Assembly (NCBI GenBank): GCA_018985225.1
Contig: JADGIF010000056.1
Coordinates: 1-25,774 of the forward strand
Source of the DNA: Amoeboradix gromovi X-113
Lineage: Eukaryota > Fungi > Sanchytriomycota
Direction of reading: 5' to 3'
Length of the DNA stretch: 25,774 nt
Numbering within the stretch: the first letter of the stretch is position 1; every line of letters starts with the position of its first letter. The notes beneath the pieces were generated by a model. The model saw only the letters and a list, made by a program, of their open reading frames with translations. It searched no databases and was not told where the DNA came from. The translations under genes and the position numbers were made by a program. Below, piece by piece: positions 1-10,600 of the stretch.

Positions 1-81
1 CGATCACTGTAACGGAGCATCTAGCATTAGTTTCTCTGTGGAAATTCTCGATTTTCTCGGAAATAAGGAATTTTAACGAGG
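1..81 (+). mobile_element. Right end / omegaRNA-like scaffold of IS607-Fanzor2 derivative, copy B (truncated by window start)
   Basis: Near-identical to 23752-23832 and to the reverse complement of 22678-22760. Similarity stops abruptly after TTTTAACGAGG. Confidence 0.85.
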
Positions 82-1323
82 AGGAGGGATATAGAGTGAG
101 AAAAGTTTTAGCGAAGATTATCAAAAAGGTTCAACTTAATGCACTATCTGATCGCTGAATGCCAGCCATATTAACCAATCCCAAAAAGGAAGCAGGTTAT
201 TGTTGAAGTACGCAGTGTTATAATAATAACCAATTCGCAAAACTTCTTCAAACTATTGCTCAATTTGGAATATTAGACTTCTAATCTTGCTATATAGCAG
301 TTTCTCTTGCAAATTTTATTCCGCAAAAAGGTGGAATTTTAGCCTTGAAGAATTTCAAAGGTTATAAAACTGAGTGGAAGAAGCGTTTAAAATTTAAATA
401 CGGTAAATATGATTTGTATACTGGAAATATGCTGAGTGGTGGTCCTATGCTGATTATGACTTTTAAAATTAGCTGAAAGGTATCAATTTTACAGGTCCAA
501 AAAATAATGTTACAAATTTCCATCGCATAGTTGAAATAATGAAGCATTTTTGTGCGAAAATATCACTGCTGACTGTTCCAAATTTTGTCAGAAATGTTAC
601 TAGGCTGACAAATCAGATGAAATCCGATAGATATGCGATGGAAGCTTACTTCGAGATTAGTGACAGCAGATTTTTTCCACCAGAAAATTATAACAATGAC
701 TCTTTATTTTCAAGATTCTAGCACTTCTCACTTATCTGCACCAGATAAGGATGGAAATTCGGTAAGTCGCACTATCAGTTTGGAAGCTGCATAATGGAGC
801 CGTCAACCGGTATGATCCTGCACTATCTGATGGACAACTTCAATGTTAGTAATCAGAAAAATGCTATTGCTCTGGCACCATCAGCTACTGCCTAAATTGC
901 ACCATTAAAACGATCAAGATGTAGTGCAACTCCTGCTGCAATCAAAATAAACAATGATGTTCATCTTTTTATTGAAGGAAGTGGTATTACCGAATATGAT
1001 ACACTGTATTTAAAACTATTTTAGATGTTTTAGTTTTGAAAACGGATGTAATAAAAGTACACAAATTAGCAGATTACATCATCAGTTGCTCCCAAATCCA
1101 GTGTAAATTGAAGAATATTTGGAGTTTTATTATAAATGAGGATTGAAGTCGAGAAGCCATGTGCTGAAGGCTGGTAATATTATTTTTAGTGCTTTTAAAT
1201 GCATATTGGTCAAGAAGAATGGCTTTATATACGCAGCTGCGAAAAAAAAGAATGAAATTGCAGGCGGCTACTGAATTTTTCAATAAAAAAGTATTCAAAA
1301 TCCAAATATTTATTGGGACCGGT

Positions 1324-1500
1324 TTATCCAGCTGCTAAAGAACATATGCCAGTGGTGTCCTTTCCATTTGCGTCAACGCAACATACAGGGGTCTCATCAG
1401 AATTTTCACCAAAACAGCAATTTCCACCTCCTAATGTTGGAACGCACTTGTAAGCAAATGTGTTACATAAAAGTAAAACTAAGTTGAATTTCAAATCCAT
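1324..1500 (-). CDS. Small secreted cysteine-rich peptide, 58 aa
   Basis: Manual translation MDLKFNLVLLLCNTFA-YKCVPTLGGGNCCFGENSDETPVCCVDANGKDTTGICSLAAG*. It has a signal-like N-terminus, 6 Cys in the mature part and AATAAA about 10 nt after the stop. It is shorter than any ORF in the supplied track. Confidence 0.7.
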   Translation of the reverse strand: MDLKFNLVLLLCNTFAYKCVPTLGGGNCCFGENSDETPVCCVDANGKDTTGICSLAAG

Positions 1501-1848
1501 TGAAAAAATGGTTTTGTCTCCCTTTTAAATGGTTTCCTAAATTATCTAATATAGCAAATATTTGTAACAATATAATGTTAAAATATTGAAAATTAGAATT
1601 AACAATATGATTGGCGGACTTATTAAATTAATATAAGCAGTGTGAAAGGTGTAAGAACATTCTCACAAATGCATCAATTCCATTATCTTGCATGGAGAGC
1701 GGCCATTATTCAGTGGGAATTAATTTAAATCATATTTATTTACTTGTTGCATTACATCATTAGTCTTTTGTTAGTTGTGTTTTAGTTGTTAAAAAGATTT
1801 CTTTATTTATGTTATAGTATTCTAGATACTTCTTTATTTCCAAAACAC

Positions 1849-2348
1849 CCTCGTAAACTACGGCTCTCCCGGATGCTGAATATCACGTTCCAGTTCAGAC
1901 ACTATCAAATCACAAAGTGGTATGAAACACTGGCGAAATATTGTGTTCTCAGACCGTAATCTAAAATCTCTGAACTTGCCAAGTCTGTCTTTAAGTCGAT
2001 TTCCATCCATTCAGATAGTCTGAGAGGCCATGATTTGGACAGTTGTACAGCTTTTTACTCTTAAATAATCGTATGAGTTTTGAGACTGTCGGTCTCGAGA
2101 TATCCTTGGTGCGGTAAGAAGGACTGAGAAATAAGGTGGGTGAATGAGGGCCCCAATAGGCTAGTCTGCATATATTTTACTGTGAAAGAACGGTAGGGAG
2201 AATAGATAAGTATTTAGAAGCAAGCTATTTCAGGAGAAATTACATAATCAGTCTTATGAAGGACTGTAGAGAGCTCTGCGAGATTGTTACATGCATACAA
2301 TTCAGGATATTTATTAGCAGTTTGGATGATCCTGCATGCTCGATTAAA
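1849..2348 (-). ncRNA. Candidate long omegaRNA-like region of copy A (about 500 nt)
   Basis: Lies between the Fanzor stop and the ACGAGG end. Complementary segments: 2293-2339, 2082-2096, 2018-2025/1947-1954, 1969-1976/1892-1899. Confidence 0.45.
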
Positions 2349-2561
2349 CTAAACAAATCCCATATGCTTCAAGTAAATGTTCATTGCTGCCGTGTGGTCT
2401 CTATCTACTTCCAAGCGACAGTTGGTACAAGTTTAGGTTTCTTAGTTGGTTTTCTTTAGAGTACCACACCTTGTACATGTCTGACTAGTAAATGATTCAT
2501 TACATTTGATTATCGTCTTTCCTCTTTGTTTACATTTGAACTTCAAGCGTTCCTTGAATAA
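2349..2561 (-). pseudogene. tnpB: Fanzor2/TnpB C-terminal remnant (relocated RuvC-II Glu, zinc finger, RuvC-III)
   Basis: LFKERLKFKCKQRGKTIIKCNESFTSQTCTRCGTLKKTN*ET*TCTNCRLEVDRDHTAAMNIYLKHMGFV*. Contains E-x6-C, CxxC...CxxC and DRDxxAAxNI motifs, with two internal stops. Confidence 0.9.
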
Positions 2562-2713
2562 ATTGTACAGAAATCGCTTCCTGGCGTCGAAAGACAACTA
2601 ATTCTTCCATTTCTGCACCAGTTCCTCAGCGTTGATGAATGTATGCTGTACCTGTTAGTTATTTATATGGATTTGACATATTCAGGATTACATCCATTGA
2701 TTCCATTTGCCAT
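2562..2713 (-). pseudogene. tnpA: IS607-family serine recombinase TnpA, N-terminal MerR-like HTH remnant
   Basis: MANGINGCNPEYVKSI*ITNRYSIHSSTLRNWCRNGRISCLSTPG/KRFLYN matches the IS607 TnpA pattern (TLRxW..xGxI...TPGGxRxY). It has one stop and one frameshift, and the catalytic domain is deleted. Confidence 0.8.
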
Positions 2714-3032
2714 TTGGGAAAAGGAAAAATATCGAGTATTTAAGCTATTAAAAAAGTCACGAAATTATACAAAAATGCATACAAATTCGCGATAAATGAT
2801 TTATTCAAGAAAATAATCGAGCTGTTTGTCAGCTATGGTAAAAAAATGCTAAACGATTTATTTCCTCTCCAATATTCTACTCGATGTAAATAAAGAACTA
2901 ATTCATCTATTTTTCTGGTATGCAGTGGTTAACAAATCACTGCTGCTCTGAATTATCAACGGAATCAAGCCGATCACTCGACAATTACTTCATAGTACTA
3001 AAAATTCTCAAGGAACTTGTAAAATTACAAGG

Positions 3033-4184
3033 TTAAGGCATATACCTAGCTTCAAAAGCTGAGTCTCTTTCTCCAGGAGCCGATGTAACTCTGCGCGTGG
3101 CATCCTGTTGAGTTTGAACGGGCAATACATCTTTGATAACCGCCTCTGCTTGAAATGGTTTGTTTAAATCATCAGGCGATCTGGCAATTCCACTCGACAA
3201 TAAATTATCGCCCGGCTTCGCGTGAAATATTTCATATTCTCTTTTTCGATACTCTTCTCCTTTTTCAGCCAGCAAATTGTAGTAGTTAGAATCTGGATCA
3301 ATTGCAAGTCCCATCACCGACTGAAGCTCTACTAATCGGAAAGCAACCGACTTTGCAATATCTGGGTAGTACTTTTTAACAAACTCGTCCAGCCTCACGT
3401 TAGCTTCTTGAGATAAATCCACGTCATACCCACGCCCTAAGTCTGCAAGATGCTTAGTTATAATCTCACTTATTTCTTTCTCAGAGCTTATAATCTCAGA
3501 TTGCAATAAAAACTCATCAAGGTCGATAGTTTTTATTGCCATCCCAGACAATTTGTTGAATTCCTCGATCATCTCTATAGTGCGCTCAAGGCTTTGCAAT
3601 CCGGGATTTATAAGATTTTCTATCTTGTGGCCAAATTCTGGACTATAATGGGACTTGATGACCAAAGAGTTGTAATATGACCGCAATCTGACCTTCCTAG
3701 CCATTATGTTATCAGCTGGTATCTTATGCTTTGCCTCTTGAAACTTTTCTAATTCCTTAATAAATTCAGCATAATACTTTCCGGCAAAATCATCAAAGGT
3801 CCTGCATAATATTTCATGTTTATCAATCATAAATTTTAGCTTTTTACCGTTTCTAATACTCTCGTCAAGTGCACTAGTTTTCGCGTCTAGAATTGCCTGA
3901 TATGTTAGGACTCTTTCAATTATTAGACCTTCGATAATCCCAGCAACCGCATTCTCCTCAATTTTATCATTTGAACGCTTCATCGCTACTGCCAGAACAT
4001 TGAAATCTCTCAAGAGTTCGCGAGGTTCTGTGCGCTTAAAGGTTTTGAAGAGCTTTGCTATTCGTGAAAAAATACTATGAGGGAGATTATTTCGCGATGA
4101 AGGAAGTCCAGACATTGGATCATTTGTAGGTGCGCTTATCAAAGGTAGTGCCATAACAAGTTGAACAATGAGTCTAACTCGCAT
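3033..4184 (-). CDS. Hypothetical, probably secreted, charged helical protein (about 383 aa)
   Basis: Long uninterrupted ORF (upstream Met at 4229). Met at 4184 gives the signal-like MRVRLIVQLVMA-LP. No recognised domain. Confidence 0.7.
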   Translation of the reverse strand: MRVRLIVQLVMALPLISAPTNDPMSGLPSSRNNLPHSIFSRIAKLFKTFKRTEPRELLRDFNVLAVAMKRSNDKIEENAVAGIIEGLIIERVLTYQAILDAKTSALDESIRNGKKLKFMIDKHEILCRTFDDFAGKYYAEFIKELEKFQEAKHKIPADNIMARKVRLRSYYNSLVIKSHYSPEFGHKIENLINPGLQSLERTIEMIEEFNKLSGMAIKTIDLDEFLLQSEIISSEKEISEIITKHLADLGRGYDVDLSQEANVRLDEFVKKYYPDIAKSVAFRLVELQSVMGLAIDPDSNYYNLLAEKGEEYRKREYEIFHAKPGDNLLSSGIARSPDDLNKPFQAEAVIKDVLPVQTQQDATRRVTSAPGERDSAFEARYMP

Positions 4185-5360
4185 AAGAGCCTGCACAGTC
4201 CTACAATTTTGTTCGTGTCCTAAGGCCATGTTCCTGAAAACATGCGATCTGATTCGTCCTAAGGTCTTTGAATTCTTGTTGAGAATAATGCTACAAAGCA
4301 GTAAAACTATGCCGTTTCTGTCATTTTCTACCTCGCTGTTGTAAATAATCCAGCGGTCTTATAGCAAAAACTTTGAGCATATACGCAACTTTTGTTTTTC
4401 AAGTTGGGTTGATCAGATGTCAACACCGCAAGGAAGTGTAACCATTGTTTTTTCTGCATTGCATACGCACTAACGACATCGTTTTGGTCCAAGAGAACGC
4501 CATAATGAGTGTATTATAGCTTGATCTACTTGATAATTTGATTATTCCAAAACTCAAAAATGCTAATGAGTAATTAGAATTGTTATTATTCGAACCGAGT
4601 TACAAACTCGAGAAAAAGAAATATGCCATAATGTGTGATTTTGTTTCAAAAATAATATGTATCGTCGTAAAAGTACGCGCAAATGCAATTTTGGCGAGTG
4701 ATGATATGAAGACTTAGAAGCTAAACCATCTGCTAGAATTTTGGCACTAAAATGCTCAAACTAGATTGGTTGCTTATTTAGAGCCTGTCACTGCATATCC
4801 GTTTTGTTGAAAACTTTAGTCTGACCAGCTTTTTTAGATACGATTCAAAGCAAGAGGTCTTTGTGTATATACACAGTGTGATTTCGTGACTGTCCTTTCA
4901 TGTTTTATGAGTTCCAGCGCATGATTCGGCAATCTCGATACATATTCCTCCACATATTCTTTGAATCGAAGAAACCTTGTTAAAAACTGTGCAAAACACA
5001 CATCCAATTTTTTACTTCAGATTGGGTAGGCTGCAGTTTGAGATGGCGGAGCCTTTCCATTTCTTAGAACGTTATTGGCTCCAACAATACTCCGCTTCGA
5101 AAATTATCTAGCTTCTGTTCAATAAACTATCGTCACGGAATGTCTTAGTGACTTATTCCTTATGTTTTTAATTATAAATTGTGGAATCGAGAAACTTGAG
5201 ATAATAGTTTGAACTAATTTCAACAACTTATGCTTTTTCCTTGTCATTGGACTAACTCGTTTGTGGATTTGGACATTGTCCCACAAGCTACTTTCGCGTA
5301 AAGATGTCCAATAAACATCACAAATATAAACAATAAATTTATTAGCATAATCTGAATTTC

Positions 5361-7356
5361 CTATTGATATTTTTTGAACAAGTCGTTATTAAACAACTGG
5401 CTTACTTCCCCATCATCTTTATAGCAGGAATTTTGAATCAAGACTTTCAAAAAGGACTGCTCATATTTTGTATTTTCAAATATGGTCTGTGGGTTGTCAC
5501 TTGGGCATCTTAGAAAGTTGGGTCCAAAAACCATAGCTACATTGTTAACCGTCATTTTAGTTATTTTGGAATATTGTGGCATACTGAATATTTGAAGCAC
5601 TCTAATCACATATTTACAAACTCTTCTATTATTTGGGCTTAGTTGTTCTATTACATTTGCTGCCTTTTCATAGCTCTCGCAGTTTTTGATGCATTCCTCA
5701 TAAACACTAGGTGGTATCAAAGGCGTAGTAAGTTCTCTCATCCAGAGCTTAAGAAGCGATGAGGGCACGTTCGGGTCTTGAATATCTCCCAATTCGTATT
5801 TGCCTGATTCGCATTTTACTTTCTATATTAGTCAGAAATACAAGTGCTCCAACCTTGTCCACATCTCCAGGTACTCTAAATATACCTTCGGTTGTTGTTC
5901 CACCTAGTTGTAGCAAACTTTCACTTAAAAATATCAAGATCCTCGGTACTGTCAATTGAGGCTCAGATTCCGCCTGATTTAACATCAGATCATCCAGAGT
6001 CTCCCCAAACAGGCTTAGAGTAAATGCAGCATCCCACGCTTTGTCTATTTCCAGTTTGGATGGATTCTTACCTCTAGGGCCAACAATACAGATTCTCTTA
6101 CCCTTTTTTAAACAGTGCTTTCCTAGTGTAACAATATTTGGATCCATCTCTAGAGCTTTCTTTGCCCATTCTTCGGTTGCCTTTGCTCGACTAATACTGG
6201 CTAAGGATTGGCTGACTTGAGAAGTTTCTACATCTACATTCGCATGTATCCTGAAGTAGTTCAACAAGTAAGACTCGAAGTTTTTAGAGGGAGGAAAGCA
6301 CGTTAGAAGAACTCCCATTAACTTCCATCCTCTAAGTAACGATTCTGAGCTCGGATTGCCATTACACTGTTTCACAAGTTGTACATAAATCTCATCACGA
6401 ATTCCTCCGGTTTGTATTCCTAGTTCACATACATTGGGGATAAAACTGAGGTCATTTTCATCCATAATCTTAGATATGAACTTGAAGTTACGCAAAGCGT
6501 CCTTGTACAAAGTTTTATTAAGCTGCATCAAAGGTTGACGAAGATGTTGCTTTGTATACCAAAGAAGCTCTTGGTTAGGTATTCTCTTCTTAAAAATAAT
6601 GCCCTTTTTATGCACGGTAAAGTACTTATCGGCGAATCCATCCATGTGAAACTGCGAAATATCGTCTTTAACAGATTGCGGCAAACTTGGCAAAGAAGAG
6701 AGATCACTGTTGCTATGTTCGTGTGGCAGAAACGGATTTTGGTCTTGAGCTAAATCTTGTCTAATCGCAACTGGGTTAGAAATGGGGCCGACTGAAGAGG
6801 ATTTAATTTCTATTTTTTCTGGACGGCCTTGTATCCTACTGGCTTGCAAACGAGGTGTCTTATCTTGTAGCAGCTTACATTGTAGCACTGTAGCAAACGA
6901 AGGTTTCGACCATGTAGCGGCTTTTGTAAAAACATTAAAATAATATAATTGCTTATATTCATAATGCCATAACTCTAACCAACACTCCTTATCTAAAATA
7001 GAAGGAACCTCTTTGTCGTCCTGTTGTGAGTAAATAAAATTTGACCTATTGGGGTCCAAATACCAACCAGTGCTCTCTTCGCTTGGATAGAAAAAAGATT
7101 CAGGGATGAAAAACCAATTAGATTTGTCAACTACGGTTTTAGAAGTTAGATCATTCATGATTAGATTACCTTTAACTTGGGTTGAACGTTTTACTTCATG
7201 CCTGTTGATCTCGTCTTCGGTCGTCGGGTTTGAGGAGCCGGGAATATTTTTGGGTTCTTCTTCTATGTGAGTTACGCGACTTAATGACAATTCACTATCT
7301 AAAGTGGTTCCTTCTATTTTGTTATAGTAGCTGGGTAAACGTTCCATATCTGACAT
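5361..7356 (-). CDS. WW-MyTH4-RhoGAP protein (ARHGAP39/Vilse-like); exons 7356-5842 and 5822-5361, 658 aa
   Basis: WW motif (WLELW..YYFNVFTKAATWSKP), MyTH4 (RDEIYVQLVKQ..RGWKLM..FPPS), RhoGAP (EGIFRVPGD; LLKLWMREL..PLIP; KMTVNNVAMVFGPNFLR). Two track ORFs are joined by a 19-nt intron. The start could also be 7443. Confidence 0.9.
5823..5841 (-). other. 19-nt spliceosomal intron GTATTTCTGACTAATATAG
   Basis: Removal restores the frame inside the RhoGAP domain: GDVDKVGAL|KVKCESGKYELGDIQDPNVPSSLLKLW. It has GT-AG ends and a CTGAC/CTAAT branch-like motif. Confidence 0.85.
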
Positions 7357-7689
7357 TTTTAAAACGTTTCGTGAAAAAGCCCCACAGCCATCTAAAGAAT
7401 TTATTTTGATGATTACAAATGAATACATGCAGAGATGCAACATTTCACGGTAAGATTAGAATTCTCTCTTAAGGCTCTTTTAGAATATATCTTAAGAATC
7501 ATGAAGCAAAAACATATCGTGTTCTTTAAATAAGCCAATAAATTTGCGATTTATTATGCAATAGTTCTTAACTATCTTTATTATTTTTCTTGACGTGTAT
7601 ACGTATAGAACTTGACTCGACACGTCTATAACCTAACAAACCTGATTGGTCAAAATTGCTATAAGACCGTTCTTAAGATAATGGGCTAG

Positions 7690-10600
7690 ATGATTTACTG
7701 GTTCAACATTCTAACTGCATATGCGGATAACACGAACAACGAGTCAGTTGGGAACAACTCAAGTGGCACCAGTGATAATGGTTATAGCTACCAAGCAATG
7801 TATGGCGATGAATGGTATAACACTACAGAACCAATTCCCTATACCACCAGACCTGAAGCTAACGGTCCAGAACCTATTAAAATTGAGGTGAGAGTCAGCA
7901 GAAATGTTTCAATTGGAAGTGATGGTGACCGTGATATGCAGCTTGATTTTGCGGAAGTTCTTATTGATTTCGATCAGAACTTGTTTGTAGATGACATTCT
8001 GACAAGAAGCCCTATAGATATATTCTCAGAGCAATTATTTGTATCTTATGGAGGTTACTCGCAATCCACTCAGCCCAAGTCTACCTCATTCAGCAAAAAC
8101 CTTGTTCAGCTGAAGTGCGGTGAGAGACTTTTGAAACCCTTGGCTTATGATGATCAGTCCAACGGACCGAATCCTAATGGTATTTATGTAACTGCCAGCG
8201 TCACTTCACCGTTTTCAAGTTTCTTGATGGCAATGAATCAAAACATGATCAAAGAGCCAGCAATAGCAAACAGATTTACGTTTCTGGTTCTTTTAGGATT
8301 TAATGGTCAAGTACTCAATAAGTTTGACTTTTCTTCATGTACACTGAAATTTAACAACCCTAATTCGCCATTTCAAAGTAGCCAGGCACTCCAAAAGAGA
8401 TTTGTTAACATTCCTCACTACATTGTCAACAAAGATGGAACTCCAATCACGCAGGAAATACAGCTGGTTGCGGGTACTGAAGCTCAATGCACTTCAAGCG
8501 ATCTTAATAAGTTCTATGATCTGGCTCTGAGTGTCATTCAGCAGTTTGAAGGTAAGGACATAACTCAGAACGATTTTTATCGTATCCCATCAGTCTTTCA
8601 AGGTTTGAAGGCCAATGTAGCTTATGCGTCTTGTTTGCGTTATGTAACTTCATTGTTTACCAAGAGACAGGAGATGATTAACGTTATGACAAGTGCCAAC
8701 TGTCAGTACAATCAGAACGACACGCAATATTTATCAGATCCATGCTGCAATCAGCAACTAGGAGACACCCAATGCTGTGCACCACGTGTCAGATTGGTAC
8801 CTTTCACAATGGTTGATACTTTTAAGGATCAAGAAATTAACAAGTGCAGAAGCCCTTCCAAGGTGCAGTCCCTAATAACCAGTACAATGGAAATGATGAG
8901 ACAGCAGTCGATGCAATCAAGTAGCTACGATGCTCAAAAAGAATATGAGAAGTACAGCGACTTCTTTTCCACATGCAATGACCAAGTTTATAACCAGGAT
9001 TGCACTTCTGACTCACAGTGCTTAAGCGGTGTGTGTGCAGATTATAACCGCAAATGTTTGGTTCCATGGGGAAAAGACTCTACCTTGTTGCTACAGTGTT
9101 ATCTAAACCAAATGAAGCCGGAAATATTTTTTCAAATTAAAAGCGAATTGAGATTGCCATTTAGCAATAACGTTACTGAACAAGACTTAGCTCTTATAAA
9201 ATCAGATATAGAATCAAAATTGAGCGATTTTGACTGCGTTGGTAACAGTGCTTACCAAAGTGGGGGTACCAAGTCTTGCGACTACGTTCAGAACAGCGAT
9301 GGCTACTTTGTTCAACAATGCCATCCAGCAAATCAGGATAAATGTCTAGCTACCAAGAGCTGCAGTCTACAAAGTTATCCACCTTACAATGAGGATCAAT
9401 GTAATCAAATGAAACAAAAGCAACCAAATTTCTGCGCAAAATGTGATTATGGCTATTGCTACAATGTTGGCTATCCTTCTGTCTGTCAAGCTTATGTTCA
9501 ATCTGAGTCTCTCTGCGCCACTATAAATGGTACATTTACCACAAACAACTGGGGATATTCACAATGTACATTTAGTGCGCAAACCCGAAAAGATTGCGTA
9601 GGTGATTGCAAAGGTGATTATTGCAGATCGTATGCATATACCAACGATACCACCATGGATTCATGTTATGAAAGGCAACAGATGAGAAACAACAATAATG
9701 ACTCAGCACCAAGCTTTTATTGGAGTAATTACAACCCAGATGAAGCACCACGATGTGAAGTTTATTACAACAATAACTTTGGGGACTCCGCGTTTACTAA
9801 CGCATTAATGGATGGATTTATGATAAATATTGGAAAACAATTTCAAGCAGGTTTCTTAGATACTAGCGATACATGTACCAGTGGATTCTGCGACAATAGA
9901 AGAATTAGTACCACTAATAAAACTGAATGTGAAAACAGTGGATACTGCAACCGTGGATGCTCTAAATGTGTGAGCAACAACTATGAAAAAAACAAACAGT
10001 CAGCTTGTATTTACACTACGACAAGTAATAACTGTACAGTATCAAGTGGAACATATGAGGACGGTAAATGCTTATTGCAAGGAATTACGAAGGAAGAGTG
10101 TGATTTGAAGTCGGGTGAGCTAAAGACATGCGGTGACTATAATCAAATGCAGTGTGGAAAAGACAGCAGAACCGAATTTATGGACTGCAAATGGAATCAA
10201 TGGACCGATTGTGCTAGCAAGGACGAGTGTGAAGGAAATGGGGAGTGTGATGACTATGAATTCCAGTCCGATTGCCAGATGTCGAACTCATGTACCCCAG
10301 AAAACGATGGAGTGTGTTTGAACGACTTTTCTTACGCAAACGGATACAAAAGCTGTCCAATGAACAGCCAATGGAGCAGAACTGGATGTATCAGCAAAGG
10401 TGTGAAACGGGCAGACTGTGGTGGTATTTGGAAAAAAAGAGCCACAACTAAAGCAGAATGCAGTGCACATGGAAAGGGATGTTTTGAGAAAAGATACTAC
10501 CAGTACTCAAACAAGAATCAGACTGAATGCGATAAATGCAATGGTAAAGAAGTCGATTTGTATCGCTGGAGTAGCGGAATATGGAGAAATGGTAAAATGG

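Larger units (their letters stand above)
1849..2865 (-). mobile_element. Non-autonomous IS607-type Fanzor2 element, copy A
   Basis: On the minus strand: AGAGG flank, left end homologous to 23362-23480, tnpA HTH remnant, Fanzor C-terminal remnant, long non-coding tail, terminal TTTACGAGG. The left boundary is inferred by analogy with copy C. Confidence 0.8.

Noticed and set aside
82-1070. Gene from short ORFs 362-547 and 539-721
   Set aside because: Coding-like fragments with many stops, no recognisable motif and no tiny introns found that repair them. Possibly an unidentifiable pseudogene.
1849-2348. Group I intron (IStron-like) in copy A
   Set aside because: TCTCAGACTA resembles the R element, but I found no matching S element (AAGATATAGTC-like) or convincing P7. 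Left open for cmscan.
5250-5285. Third Fanzor1-like right end (AAACGAGTTAGTC and TGTCCCACA matches)
   Set aside because: The two short matches are on opposite strands and are not collinear, which is consistent with chance.
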